From the NCBI GenBank assembly GCA_038087875.1, contig JAXLNO010000408.1:1-64000 (forward strand): 64,000 nt of DNA, read 5' to 3'. The notes beneath the pieces are model-generated. The model was not told the origin of the DNA, searched no databases, and saw only the letters and a program-made list of their open reading frames with translations. Made by a program: the position numbers and the translations under genes. Shown here one piece after another: positions 37,157-51,736 of the stretch; the stretch's first letter is position 1; every line of letters starts with the position of its first letter. The DNA comes from Malacoraja senta (Eukaryota).

Positions 37157-39255
37157 CATATAACCATATAACCATTACAGCACGGAAACAGGCCATCTCG
37201 GCCCTTCAAGTCCGTGCCGAACATAAAAAAAATAATTTTAAAAAAGTCCCATCTACCTGCACACAGACCATAACCCTCCATTCCTTTCCCGTCCATATAC
37301 CCATCCAATCTATTTTTAAAGGATAAAATCAAACCTGGGTGAGTGGGCAAATGTTTGGCAGATGCAGTATAATGTGGATAAATGTGAGGTTATCCACTTT
37401 GGTGGCAAAAACGGGAAGGCAGACTATTATCTAAATGGTGGCCGATTAGGAAATGGGGAGATGCAGCGAGACCTGGGTGTCATGGTACACCAGTCATTGA
37501 AAGTAGGCATGCAGGTGCAGCAGGCAGTGAAGAAAGGGAATGGTATGTTGGCCTTCATAGCAAGAGGATTTGAGTATAGGAGCAGGGAGGTTCTACTGCA
37601 GTTGTACAGGGTCTTGGTGAGACCACACCTGGAGTATTGCGTACAGTTTTGGTCTCCAAATCTGAGGAAGGACATTATAGCCATAGAGGGAGTGCAGAGA
37701 AGGTTCACCAGACTGATTCCTGGGATGTCAGGACTTTCATATGAAGAAAGACTGGATAGACTTGGCTTATACTCGCTAGAATTTAGGCGATTGAGAGGGG
37801 ATCTTATAGAAACGTACAAAATTCTTATGGGGTTGGACAGGCTAGATGCAGGAAGATTGTTCCCGATGTTGGGGAAGTCCAGGACAAGGGGTCACAGCTT
37901 AAGGATAAGGGGGAAATCCTTTAAGACCGAGATGAGGAAAAACTTTTTCACACAGAGAGTGGTGAATCTCTGGAACTCTCTGCCACAGAGGGTAGTTGAG
38001 GCCAGTTCATTAGCTATATTTAAGAGGGAGTTAGATGTGGCCCTTGTGGCTAAAGGGATCAGGGGGTATGGAGAGAAGGCAGGTACGGGATACTGAGTTG
38101 GATGATCAGCCATGAACATATTGAATGGCGGTGCAGGCTCGAAGGGCCGAATGGCCTACTCCTGCACCTATTTTCTATGTAGTTTTTTCCAAGATGGCGG
38201 ATGTGCAGGAGTGGGCGCCGTTTGTATGGCAGCCTGCCTGCAGTCCGTCGTCTAACTTTTTTATTGTCTGAAACATTTTTTTTATTGGAGTCTATTCTTT
38301 CTATGTGGAGGGGAACTGTTTTAACCCCAGTCCTACCTGGTCGGAGATGCGGTTTTCCTCCTAATCGCGTCTCCGATCTCCCCATGCGGCCTTCCATCGG
38401 GCTGGAGCGGCGTTCCTGCCGGGGACCACAGCTTCGGCGGCACAGTGCTGGGACACCAACGGGGAGCGGGCGATGCCTTGCCGGGTCGCCGCTCCGGAGT
38501 GCTGTGGCCGCCGACCACCAACATCGGGCAGCCGCGGTCTGTGGTTTGAGGGCATCCCGCCGCGGGCGGGCGACGCTGGATCAGGAACACCGCGGAGTCG
38601 AAGCTCCAACCGGCGCGGCCTGAAGTCCGCGGGCGTCGCAGTCTCCGGGGAAGGAGCGGCCGCTTCAGACATTTTCAAGCTGCTGAGGACTTTTCCACCC
38701 GATGCGGGTGGGCAGACAACATCGGGCTGCCGTTGCGGCGACTGGCTGCAGTGGCCTCAGACTGGCCCCGACCTCGGGTGGACTAGGAGGAGGAGGAGGA
38801 CTGGACATTTTAGTGCCTTCCCTCACAGTGGAGAGTGTAGATTCTACTGTGGGGGGATGTTCGTGTTTGTGTAAAATCTCTTATAGTGTGTTGTCATTTT
38901 TTCTATCTCTTTTTATTATTTGTATGGTTAGTTAACTGTAAAGCACTTTGGCTTTTGATTTAATTCAATTGGAAAATGTGCTATATAAATAAACTTATTA
39001 TTATTATTACATCTATGTATCTGCCTCCACCACTTCCACTGGAAGCTCATTCCACACAGCTACCCGTCTCTGAGTAAAGAAGTTCCCCCTCATGTTAACC
39101 CTAAACTTCTGTCCCTTAATTCTCAAGTCATGTCCCCTTGTTTGAATCTTCCCTACTCTCAATGGAAAAAGCTTATCCACGTCAACTCTGTCTAACCCGC
39201 TCATAATTTTAAAGACCTCTATCAAGTCCCCTCTTAACCTTCTGCGCTCCAAAGC
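37157..39255. mobile_element. Nested CR1 fragments and a non-autonomous retroelement (about 38185-39010) splitting integrase
   Basis: CR1 ORF 37362-38096 (+); CR1-like pieces at 37157-37335 and 39013-39255 (-); GTAC at both junctions. Confidence 0.8.
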
Positions 39256-42200
39256 AGTACAATTCTATATTGATAGCGGCAATAAAGTGAGGGCCGTTAT
39301 CCGAACTGATGGTATTTGGAACCCCAAAGCGAGGAACAAACTGCCGTAATAAAATAGACACCACCGTAGAAGCAGTGCAATCAGTGGTTGGAAAGGCTTC
39401 AATCCACCTAGTAAACACATCAACAATAACAAGCACATGTTTATAACACTGACACTTAGGCAAATCAATAAAATCCATCTGTAAGGTTTCAAACGGAGCA
39501 GTAGGTAATGGAGTACGACCCGTCTGGCAGACAACTCCTTTACCAGGGTTGTGTGTAGCACAGGTGAGGCACCGTGCACTAGTTTGGGCTGCCAAAACCG
39601 TAAGTCGAGGATGCCACCATGCCTGTAAGAGAGCTTCTACTAGCAAGGTGGCCCCACAGTGAGTGGCCAGATGTAGGCAATCAACAACCCAGGTCACTAA
39701 CTGGTCTGTCATACAGGTCTGTCCGGCCGGCGTGAGCCACAGTCCGGAATCAGCCTTCCGACAGCCCAGCTGCTCCCATTCCATTATAACATCGACAGAG
39801 GCGTCCCCCTGTAAGTGCAATACATCATTCATGGTTGGCATAGGTTTCTCAGATTCAGACGAGCCCATATAAAGGCTTTTCACCTGCCTCATCATACTAC
39901 CCACCACTTTAAATCTACCGCGTAAAGCACACTTAGCCGCTTCGTCAGCCAACCTGTTACCGATTTGGACCGGGGAATCTCCTGTCGTGTGGGCCACACA
40001 TTTGATTACGGCTACCGCAGAGGGCAAAAGGATAGCATTCAACAGGTCAGAGACCAGGATCTGATTGGCAATCTTATGGCCCGTCGAGGTGAAGAATCCC
40101 CTATTTTTCCATAACTGTCCGAAATCGTGAACGACTCCGAATGCGTATCGGGAGTCGGTGTAAATATTGACAGAGCTCCCCTCCGCGAGGACACGGGCTC
40201 GGGTGAGGGCAAACAACTCAGCCTGCTGAGCTGAAATCGGTGGGTCAAAACTGCCACAATCCAGCAAGGTTCCATCTTGTTTAACTACCGCAAAGCCTGA
40301 CAGACGGCGTCCCTGCTCGTCGATGGATGAACTTCTATCGGTATAGAGGATCAAATCTGGAGAGGCTAGAGGTTGATCGCTAAGGTCAGGGTGCGGACTG
40401 GTATCCGCGAGAATAGCCTCCAAGCAATTATGGTCGCATGGAGCGAGGGGATCAGGAGGAGAGCAGAGAAACGCAGCAGGGTTGATAGTGGTGCAGTGCC
40501 GCAACTGCAGCTTGGGATTATTCAACAGGTAGATCTCATATTTATTTTGTCTGGCTAAAGTCAAATGCTGGGTCTGGAGCTGTCCCAGTAGGGCGGTCAC
40601 GGAGTGGGAGGAATATACGGTAATGTCCTGCTGGAGAGTCAGGTTGGCGGCCGACTGAAGACTATTATATACCGCTGTCATAATCTGTGTACAATGGGGA
40701 TACCCCAGTGCCACAGGGTCTAACTTGGATGAATAATACGCCACTGGTCGGTGCTTATCCCCATGCAGCTGGGTCAAAACCGCAGTGGCACATTCGCCCA
40801 GGATGGTACAATAGAGCTGAAAAGGTCTATCATACAGGAGTTGCCCCAGCGCAGGAGCCTTCTGCAGGGCCTCTCGTAGATTATTGAAGGCGGTCAAGGT
40901 CTCATCTGACAATACAAAGGTACCTTCCTGGCTGGTGTAAGGGGTCAGGTGCTTTATGTCCAGGGCCACATTTGGAATCCACTGACGGCAGTAGTTGATC
41001 ATTCCCAACCACTGTCGCATTCCCCTGGCTGTCGTGGGGGGTGGTGTCCTGTAAATGGGGTCCGTGCGGCTCTCGTCCAACCGACGGCCATCTGCTGAGA
41101 CTATGACTCCGAGGAATTTCACCTCCTTTTGTCCGACATGTACTTTGGAGGGGGACACAACGTACCCCAATGCCTTTACAAAGTTCAACAACAAAATTAT
41201 AGCTTCCCTATTCTGCTCCTCCGTTTCACTGGCCACTAAAAGTTCATCGACGTACTGGATCAATGCAGACCCCTCAGGTAACTGCAGGCTTTGTAATTGC
41301 TGTTGCAGACAACGAGAAAATAGGGTCGGCGAGTTTACAAAGCCCTGTGGCAATCTGGTCCATGTATACTGTTGTCTATTATAGGTGAATGCGAACAGGT
41401 ACTGACAGTCCGGATGCAACGGAATCGAGAAAAAGGCATGTTGGAGATCCACCGATCCAAAGACTGTTGCTTTAGCCGGGATGGTAGCAAGAATATGTGC
41501 TGGGTTAGGAACAAGAGCATGTAGGGGTTGTACTATGGCATTGATGGCCCGCAGGTCCTGGACTAGACGATACTGATTCGGTTTGCCTGGTTTTGGGACT
41601 GCGAGAATCGGGGTGTTGCAGCAGGACTGGCATGTGATCAAAATACCTTGCTCCAATCGTCCTTTGAGTAACACGTCGATACAGGGTACGGCCTGGACTT
41701 TCAAAGGATATTGTCGTATAGATGGCATGGCTACACCAGGCCTGACCTGCACCAGGACTGGTTCAACATTTGTAAGTCCTACTTGAGTCTTATCATCCGC
41801 CCATACTTCCGGATCAGTAAATTCCACAATATCTCGGCCCTTCTGGTGTCTCAAGGTACCCTCCTGAGTAGGTCGGGTGGGTGAATAGGTAATGGTCAGA
41901 TCGGAGGTAACTTGCTGGGGACCTTGGATATTTTCATCTGATCCCTTCAATGCCTGAAAAACCATGGGTCCGAGATCTTTGGCGGTATATGGAAGGTATA
42001 CTTTTAGCGTAAGATGAGGTGCGATGCCAGGACCTTGCCTCCAGATGGACATAGATATCGACACGGCCAACGCTTCTCCTTCCCGACCGGTTACAGTAGC
42101 CAACTCGGTGATGGTCCACTGACTGCCCTCATAGGGCCCAAAGAATTGCTCCAATTCCGAGTTGGATCCACTCGCATCATATGCAAGTGTGACATGGTGT

Positions 42201-42631
42201 TCTTGGTCCTCCAAGTCCAGGGTCCACCACTGGGGTGTTCGATGCTGATAGCACTGGCGATGTTGAGCGTGTCCAATCTCTATGGAATGCGGCTGACATA
42301 AAAGCAGAAGTTGTAGTCGACAAAGTAGGTCTCGTCCCAAAACATTAACGTCCAGATTGTTAGTCACCACAAATTGGTGCATCAGGCGGATTCCTTCATA
42401 CTGGACAGGTACTGGTACAGTTAGGGGATAAGGGTGGGGGATTCCATCAAAGCCTTGTAACATTTCATGCTGTCCAGTAGTCTGGAGGGCTAAGCAACAC
42501 TGCACTGACGAAACAGTTGCTCCGGTATCAAGAAGGAAGGATTGTGATTCATTATTAACTATCATCTTCAGGTGTGGCTCCGGGATACTGTCATTCCTCC
42601 CTGTTGGGGATATCGACAGCATCTTTGGTGG
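39255..42631 (-). CDS. pol: ERV pro-pol polyprotein (protease, 2H-like insert, RT, RNase H, integrase N-terminal half); long open frame but probably inactive
   Basis: FLLDTGAT; YRLVQDLRAIN; LPQGFVNSP; YVDE; SAQQAELFAL; YTDSRY; HHCC; LQMDFI and SDNG; gamma/epsilon-like organisation. Confidence 0.95.
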
Positions 42632-42850
42632 TCAATTTTCAAAGGGGTTTTGGTGTATTCCTTGGAAGGAGGGAAAGGGACCTGGGTACCCTCCTTGGGG
42701 TCCTTGTTGGCCTTGCTGTCCAGGTTGTCCGTATTGTCCCTGGTTTGGGGGTCCCCTATCCCTTCCTCGTCCTCCTCCTTGCTGGTTACCACCTGGACAA
42801 TCTCGGCGCATGTGACCTTTGCTTCCACAACTTTTGTTTTTTGTTAGATT
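42632..42850 (-). pseudogene. gag: gag C-terminus (nucleocapsid remnant) of provirus 2
   Basis: CGSKGHMRRDC half zinc knuckle and G/Q/P-rich tail; TGA stop in frame with pol. Confidence 0.8.
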
Positions 42851-43004
42851 CAGCTGCACGAAAATATACTATCTACTACATGGGTACCAATTATTGCATT
42901 AGTCATAACATACTTTTCACTTATGTTAGTATTATTCATCAACAGATGGTTAATACAAGTCAAACACAATACAAGGGCATCTTGACATTATTCTACCTCA
43001 TCTT

Positions 43005-43672
<668 letters not shown>

Positions 43673-43849
43673 TTACTAACGCGTCAACATTACTAGTGCT
43701 TGAAGGGGTGGGGAGGGGGAGAGTGGAGGATGTGGTAGTGTGCGGGAGGGAAGCAGGAGGGTGGGGGAAAAAAGATGGTGGAGTGAAGGGGGAGGGGTGG
43801 TGAGGAAGCAAGTGGGAAAAGGTGGGGGGCACACTGACCTGGGGGCGTT

Positions 43850-44230
43850 GAGCCAGGCACCGGGGCGGGGCGAGCCGCCCGCTCGCAAACCAGCCGCCCT
43901 GCATCGTGACGTCTGCCACGCACGTCACGCATGACCGGCGCCCTGACGTCACCCCCAATGCGAGGGGGATTGCCGGCACCGCCCTTCCGGTGATTGCCGC
44001 TGTATCACGTGGGGGAGGCATGAGTGGGGGGGGGGGGGGGTGGGGGTGAGCGCATCGACCTGTGGACACTGAGCATCCGGGAACTGCGTTGAGCCACCCG
44101 CTGGCACATCCGCCCGCCCTGCGCCGTGACGTCAGACGCACGCACGGACATCGCTTACGACCGGCGCCCTGACGTCACCGGCATTCCGAGGGGGAATGCC
44201 GGCCCCGCCCCCTGCCATTGCGCAGAGTCA
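43850..44230 (-). promoter_or_regulatory. CpG-rich putative promoter of ZNF copy 1 with CRE and GC boxes
   Basis: Several TGACGTCA/TGACGT and GGGCGG motifs in a duplicated module directly upstream of the ZNF exon. Confidence 0.5.
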
Positions 44231-45479
44231 CGCAGGGGTTGGCATGCATCATGGGTAGGTCAAAGTGCTGGTCACTCAGCAGGTCGGGCAGCGTCTGTGG
44301 AGAGGAGTACGTGACGTTTCGGGTCGGGACCCTTCTTCGATCTGATGGGAGGTACCGAGATAAGGAAGTGTAAGGCATGAAAACAGGACAAAGGGAATGG
44401 AGATCAAGGAAAATGTAGAATAGATCATTGTTGGATAGATCAATGGGAGGCCACCATCGACTCCACGGTCAAAACGGCCCAACAGACAGGCATGACATTC
44501 ACCTGCAGAAAAAAAGTAGGAAGTCTTGGCCGAGGGTCCAGGAGGCCGGTGGGGTCCAGGGGGCTCCATCATTTTTAATAAATTGAAAGTGATTCCCAAG
44601 CTTTCTGCTGGGAGTTTACATAACAGAAGCTTGGAATTTTTCTAACACATAACTAGTAATATAACCACCAAAAGATAAATATTTCATGAAATAAACGACT
44701 TCATACAGCTAAAAAATACTCAATAACCAAAAGTCTGTAGCCTCCTTTTGCTCTGGTATTTTATTTAATTCACATGTTTAATCAATAATGTTTTATTATT
44801 AATGTTTAATGCTTTATGTGTTATTCCTAACTGTCACTGTATGTCATGTTGACACTTGCGGGCGGAGCACCAAGGCAAATTCCTTGTATGTGCCACAAAA
44901 CGTATTCATTCATTCAGTAAAATAACCCCCAAAAGCTAAATATTTCATGAAATAAATGACTTCATACAGCTGAAAAAATCTTTACAAAAAATATTACCTG
45001 AAATGTCTCTTTGCCTAGCACTGTGTGTACATAGCACAGAAAAAAGTGAATGTGGCTGCAGCCATCTTCTGCTTCAGTAAGGGAAACTGATTGGTGATTG
45101 GCCGCAACAACGCCCCCTGGAGACTGCGTCTGATTGGCCGCCAGGTGATTGGACAAAACGTCCTTGGAGACAGTGGCTGATTGGACGGGAGGGGACCGAT
45201 TTGTTGATTGGACGGGAATTTTAAGGGAAGCTGGTCGGTGATTGGATGCAACCCCCTAGAGACAGCGGCTGGTCGGTGATTGGCCGCCAAATAATCGGGC
45301 ACAAAAAATTGCAAAATAGGAAAACAAATCTGAATTCCGATTGGAATGGGAAGAATATCATGCCTGAACAGAGGATGTACTTCTTGCGGCAGCTGATAAA
45401 ACACAATCTGCCACAGGCAATAATGGTCCTGTTTTATACTGCCATTGTAGAGCCTGTCCTCACCTTCTCCATCATGGTC

Positions 45480-46420
45480 TGTGTATCCGCTGGTGCTCCC
45501 GCAGCCCCCGTGCGCTCTTGAAACGCTTGCTGCAGTGGGAGCAGCCCCTCGCCGACGTGGGTCCGCGAGTGCTGCCGCAACCCCCGCGAGCTGTCAAACG
45601 CCTCATCGCAGTACGGGCAGTCGTAGGGCTGGCTGTTGGTGTGCACGCGCTGGTGAGACAGTGCGTGGGAGGCCATGGCAAAGCGCTCTCCACACACCGG
45701 GCTGGGGAAGGGACGGTCGCCGGCGTGAACCCGCTGGTGGGACAGCAGCTTGGAGGAGCGGGTGAAGCCCTTGCTGCACTGGGCGCATGTGTAGGGTCGC
45801 TTGTCGGTGTGGATGTGCAGGTGCTCCAGCAGGCGGTCGGGGCGGGTGAAGCCCTTGCCGCACTGTGCACAGGTGAAGGGGCGATCGCCAGTGTGGGTGC
45901 GCTGGTGCTCCCGCAGCCCTGTGGAGCGGGTGAAGCCCTTGCCGCACTGGACGCAGGTGAAGGGGCGCTCACCAGTGTGGGTGCGCTGGTGCTCCAGCAG
46001 GCGGTTGCGGCGGGTGTAGCCCTTGCCGCAGTCGCTGCAGGTGTAGGGCCGCTCCCCGGTGTGCAGGCGCCAGTGCACCTTCAGGGCCGTGGACGACTTG
46101 AAGCCTTTGCCGCAGTCGGAGCAGGTGAAGGGCCGCTCACTGCTGTGCACCCGCCAGTGCTGCTGTAGCTTTGACGAGTCGGCAAAGCTCTTGCCGCAGG
46201 TGGAGCAGCCAAAGGGCCTCTCGCCGGAGTGCACGCGGTTGTGACGCAGCAGGTGGCCGTAGCTGGCGAAGCTCTTGCCGCACTCCGAGCAGTCAAAGGG
46301 GCGTTCTCCCGTGTGCACCCGCCGGTGGGCCTCCAGCTTGCTCGGGTTCTGCCAGGCCTTGCCACACACGTCGCATTCATAACGCTTCTGCTTGATGTGT
46401 CCCGTCATGTGGTCCTCCAT
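45480..46420 (-). CDS. C2H2 zinc-finger protein, copy 2 (about 10 fingers in frame, one degenerate; 11th finger frameshifted; 3' end fused to a LINE fragment)
   Basis: ORF 45434-46420 with tandem CxxC...HxxxH and TGERP linkers; upstream acceptor cccctcctgcag at about 46538. Confidence 0.88.
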
Positions 46421-47804
46421 CGAAGCTCAACCCGCACACCGAGCAGATGGGGGGGGGGGGGGGTCATCGGCACCCTGGCCGCCCTCAATGGCCGCTCACG
46501 CCCCCGTCTCTCCGTCCACAGTGACGGTTACTAAACCCTGCAGGAGGGGAACACAGAGGGTCAACAAGCTGGCAAACAGGACATTACTAACACATGAACA
46601 TTACAAATGCTTGAAGTAGGGGCATGGGGGGGTGGGGGTGGGGGAGGAGAGGGGGGTGATGGAGAAGGGGGAGGCGCACCGAGCAAATTACGCCTGACAG
46701 CCATCTATAAAGAAATGCATGGGTTTATTCCAAGCAACATCAAGCGTCATCTTCGATCTACAAATTCATCCAGTCAACCAAAGACCAGGCAATCGGGGGT
46801 TTTCAAATACAACATCACCCCAACAAATAAAGACTGCAGGTAGACAAAAATGCTGGAGAAACTCAGCGGGTGAGGCAGCATCTATGGAGCGAATGAAATA
46901 GGCAACGTTTCGGGACGAAACCCTTCTTCAGACTTATACATTCATTCATTTCACTGTACCTTAATTGGTTAAGTGAGAATTAAATTGAATTTTGAATCTT
47001 GAAATGGCCCACCCCTTATTCTTAAAGGGCCTTTCCTTCCTTGTTCTCCCTCTGCGTTGAGGCGATCCAGGCTTTCGATGGGGAGACTAGGACATTAAGA
47101 CTTGCCTTCGTGTTATATAATGAACCGGATTTGATAAAGGACCTCGAGGTTAATGAGCCATTCAGAGGCAGTGACCATAACATGGTCAGGTTTAATCTAC
47201 AATTGGAGAGGGAGAAGAGTAGATCGGAGGTGTCAGTATTGAAGTTGAATAAAGGGGACTATGGGGCCATGAGGGAGGAGCTGGCCAAAGTTGACTGGAA
47301 AGATACACTGGCAGGGATGACAGTGGAACAAAAATGGCAGGTATTTTGGAGGAATAATACAGAAGGTGCAGGATCAGTTCATTCCTAGGAGGAAGAAAGA
47401 TTCCAAGGGGAGAAAGGGATGACCATGGCTGACAAGGGACGTCAGGGATAGTATAAAAATTAAAGCGAAGAAGTACAACGTAGCAAAGATGAGCGGGAAG
47501 CAAGAGGATTGCGGAATGTTTTAAGAACAACAGAAGATAACCAAAAAGACAATACGGGGAGAAAAGACAAGGTACGAAGGTAAGCTAGCCAAGAATATAA
47601 AGCAGGATAGTAAAAGCTTCTTTAGGTATGTGAAGAGGAAAAAATTAGTTAAGACTAAAGTTGGACCCTTGAAGACTGAAACAGGTGAATTTATTATGGG
47701 GAACAAGGAAATGGCAGATGAGTTGAACAGGTACTTTGGATCTGTCTTCACTAAGGAGGACACAAACAATCTTCCTGATATAACTCCTGATATAACAATT
47801 TTCT

Positions 47805-49350
47805 CTCATGAGGAAAGCTGTAGGCCCAGATGGCATCTCGGGGCGAGTACTTAAGTCTTGTGCTACACAGCTAGCTCCGGTGCTCACTACAATATTCAAC
47901 CTCTCCCTGGCCAAGTCCGTTGTCCCTGCCTGCTTTAAAAGATCCATCATTGTACCAGTACCAAAAAATGCCTCCCCAGCCTGTCTGAATGACTATCGTC
48001 CGGTGGCCCTCACCTCGGTTGTCATGAAATGCTTTGAGAGGCTGGTCAAGAAACACATCTGCGCCTTCCTCCCTCACAACATGGACCCACTACAATTCGC
48101 ATACAGTCCGAACAGATCAACGGACGATGCGGTCTCCCAGGTTCTGCACACCGCTCTCTCTCACCTTGACAGCCAGAAGGGCGGCTATGTGAGGATGCTG
48201 TTCATAGACTTCAGTTCGACTTCAATACGATAGTCCCCACCAGACTTGCTGAGAAGCTGCTGGAATTGGGGCTCAACACCCCCATTGTGTGCCTGGGTCC
48301 TGGACTTTCTCACCGCCAGGCCCCAGGTAGTCAAGGTTGGATGAAATACATCGAAGTCCCTCACCCCGAGCACAGGAACCCCCCAGGGTTGCGTCCTCAG
48401 CCCCCTACTGTACTCCCTGTACACACATGACTGTGTGGCCAGGTTCAGCTCCAACTCTATAATCAAGTTTGCTGATGACACTGTGGGGGTGGGCCTGATC
48501 TCCGATAACGATGAAAAGGCCTACTGGGAGGATGTGGCTGATCTGGCACTCTGGTGTCAGGCAACAGCCTCCTCTTGAATGTCCAAAAAACTAAGGAGCT
48601 GATCGTGGACTTTAGGAGGGCACAACATCCGAGGACAAACACACCATTGAAGATAAATGGGGACACTGTGGATAGGGTGAGCTGCTTTAAATACCTGGGA
48701 GTCCACATCTCTGAGAATATGACATGGACATCACACGCTGCCACACTGGTGAGTAAGGCAAGGCAGCGCCTTTACCACCAATTGAGGAAATTCAGAGTGT
48801 CTCTGAGGATCCTCCAGTGCTTCTACTCAACGGCTGTGGAAAGCATCTTGTCCGGAAACATCACAATTTGGTATGGGAACTGCTCTGCCCAGGACAAGAA
48901 GGCTCTGCAGAGAGTAGTGCGTTCAGCCGAACGCACTATGGGAACTACACTCGCCCCCCTGCAGGAACTATACATCAGAAGGTTCAACTCCGGAGCCAAC
49001 AAGATCATGGGGGACCCCTTCCACCCCAGCAACGGACTGTTCCAGCTGCTACGGTCAGGCAAACGCCTCCGTTGCCACGCTGTGAAAACAGAGAGGATGA
49101 GAAGGAGTTTCTCCCAGAGGCCATTAGGACTGTAAACTCCTATCTCACCAGGGACTAACTTTACTGAACCAATCTACTGTTGTGTGGTGTCTTTTTAAAA
49201 TAGCTGTTTCTTTTTTTTTTTCTCCCACAAATATGTAATTACTGATTCTGTTCCATTCTGTTTTGTCGTTTTTTTGCACAATCCGCAAGCATTGCCACTT
49301 TTCATTTCACTGCACATCTCGTATCGGTATGCGATGAATAAACTTGACTT
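47805..49350 (+). mobile_element. Rex-Babar-like LINE 3' part
   Basis: [56 protein letters not shown](cttga)n tail. Confidence 0.87.
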
Positions 49351-50689
49351 GATAGTAGTGGCCAGAACATCTGGGGTGACGGAGGAACTGAAGGAAATCC
49401 ACATTAGGCAGGAAATGGTGTTGGGTAGACTGATGGGACTGAAGGCTGATAAATCCCCAGGGCCTGATGGTCTGCATCCCAGGGTACTTAAGGAAGTGGC
49501 TCTAGAAATCGTGGATGCATTGGTGATAATTTTCCAATGTTCTATAGATTCAGGATCAGTTCCTGTGGATTGGAGGGTAGCTAATGTTATCCCACTTTTT
49601 AAGAAAGGCGGGAGAGAGAAAACAGGGAATTATAGACCAGTTAGCCTGACATCGTTGGTGGGGAAGATGCTGGTGTCAATTATAAAAGATGAGATAGCCG
49701 AACATTTGGATAGCAGTAACAGGATCGGTCCGAGTCAGCATGGATTTACGAAGGGGAAATCATGCTTGACTAATCTTCTGGAATTTTTTGAAGATGTAAC
49801 TAAATGGACAAGGAGAGCCAGTGGATGTAGTGTACCTGGACTTTCAGAAAGCATTTAATAAGGTCCCACATAGGAGATTAGTGGGCAAAATTAGGGCACA
49901 TGGTATTGGGGGGTAGAGTGCTGACATGGATAGAGAAGTGTTAAAGAAGGAACTGCAGATGCTGGAAAATCGAAGGTACACAAAATGCTGAGAAACTCAG
50001 CGGGTGCAGCAGCATCTATGGAGCGAAGGAAATAGCAACGTTTCGGGCCGAAACCCTTCTTCAGACTGGGTAGAGAAGTGGTTGGCAGACAGGAAACAAA
50101 GAGTAGAGATTAACGGGTCCCTTTCAGAATGGCAGGCAGTGATTAGTGGGGTACCGCAAGGCCCGGTGCTGGGACCGCAGCTATTTACAATATACATCAA
50201 TGATTTGGATGAAGGGATTCAAAGTAACATTAGCAAATTTGCAGATGACACAAAGCTGGGTGGCAGTGTGAACTGTGAGGAGGATGCTATGAGAATGCAG
50301 GGTGACTTGGACAGGTTGGGGAGTGGATAGATGCATGGCAGATGAAGTTTAATGCGGATAAACGTGAGGTTATCCACTTTGGTAGCAAAAACAGGAAGGT
50401 CGATTATTATCTAAATGACGTCAAGTTGGGAAAAGGGGAAGTACAACAGGATCTGGGGGTCCTTGTACATCAGTCTATGAAACTAAGCATGCAGGTACAG
50501 CAGGCAGCGAAGAAAGCGAATGGCATGTTGGCCTTTATAACAAGATGAATCGAATATAGCAGCAAAGAGGTCCTTCTGCAGTTGTACAGAGCCCTCGTGA
50601 GACCACACCTGGAGTATTGTGTGCAGCTTTGGATCCCCTAATTTGAGGAAGGACATTCTTGCTATTGAGGGAGTGCAGCATAGGTTTAT

Positions 50690-51488
50690 CAAATGTTAGC
50701 AGGCAGCCTTACCCCACTACTCAAACCTCACGTCAAAACCTTGGCGTGATATTTGACCTCAGCACTGAAATTTGACAAACAAGTCAATGCCGTGGTAAAA
50801 GCTAGCTTCTTTCAGCTTCGGACGATAGCTAAAATAATACAATTCCTCAGTTTGATGACCTCGAAAAGATCATCCACACATTCATCTCCTCCCGCCTAGA
50901 TTACTGCAACTCCTTTACACTGGCATCAGCCAATCTTCCCTGTCCCGCCTACAACTGGTCCAAAACGCCACAGCAAGACTCCTGACGGGCACACGAAAAA
51001 GGGACCACATCACCCCGGATCCTGGCCTCTCTCCACTGGCTCCCTGTGCGGTTCCGTATAAACTTCAAGATCCTCCTCCATGTCTACAAAGCCCTCAATG
51101 GGCTTGCCCCCACCTACATAAAAAGTCTTCTCACCCACCACTCCACCTCCAGGCCCCTCAGATGAGCCGACTTGGGGTTGCTGAATATCCCACGGTCTAG
51201 GCATAAGCTCAGGGGCGACGGCGCCTTGCGGTTGCAGCCCCTAGGACTGTGGAACAGCATCCCCTTTCCCATCAGAACTGCCCCCTCCATCGACTCTTTT
51301 AAGTCAAGACTAAAGACTTATCTATGCTCCCAAGCTTTCCTGACGTCCTCTGAGTGAGGGCTACATGTATATATGTATGTAGTTTGTTTTGTTTGTGCTA
51401 TTCTTATAACAAATGTAAAGCACTTTGGCCAACGAGAGTTGTTTTTAAATGTGCTATATAAATAAATAAATGTGACTTGACTTGACTT
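50690..51488 (+). mobile_element. L2-clade LINE 3' fragment
   Basis: Same family as 16573-17670 in the opposite orientation; (gactt)n tail. Confidence 0.85.
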
Positions 51489-51736
51489 AATTCCCGGGAT
51501 GGAGGGACAGTCATATGTTGAGAGAATTGGAGCAGCTCGGCTTGTACACTCAGTTTAGAAGGATGAGAGGGTATCTCATTGAAACATATCAGATTGTTAA
51601 GGGTTTGGACATCCTAGAGGCAGGAAACATGTTCCCGATGTTGGGGGAGTCCAGAACCAAGGGCCACAGTTTAAGAATAAGGAGTAAGCCATTAAAACGG
51701 AGACGAGGAAACACTTTTTCTCACAGAGAGTTGTGA

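Noticed and set aside
45472..46534. Overlapping alternative-frame and antisense ORFs over the ZNF exon
   Set aside because: Expected shadows of a GC-rich repetitive coding sequence
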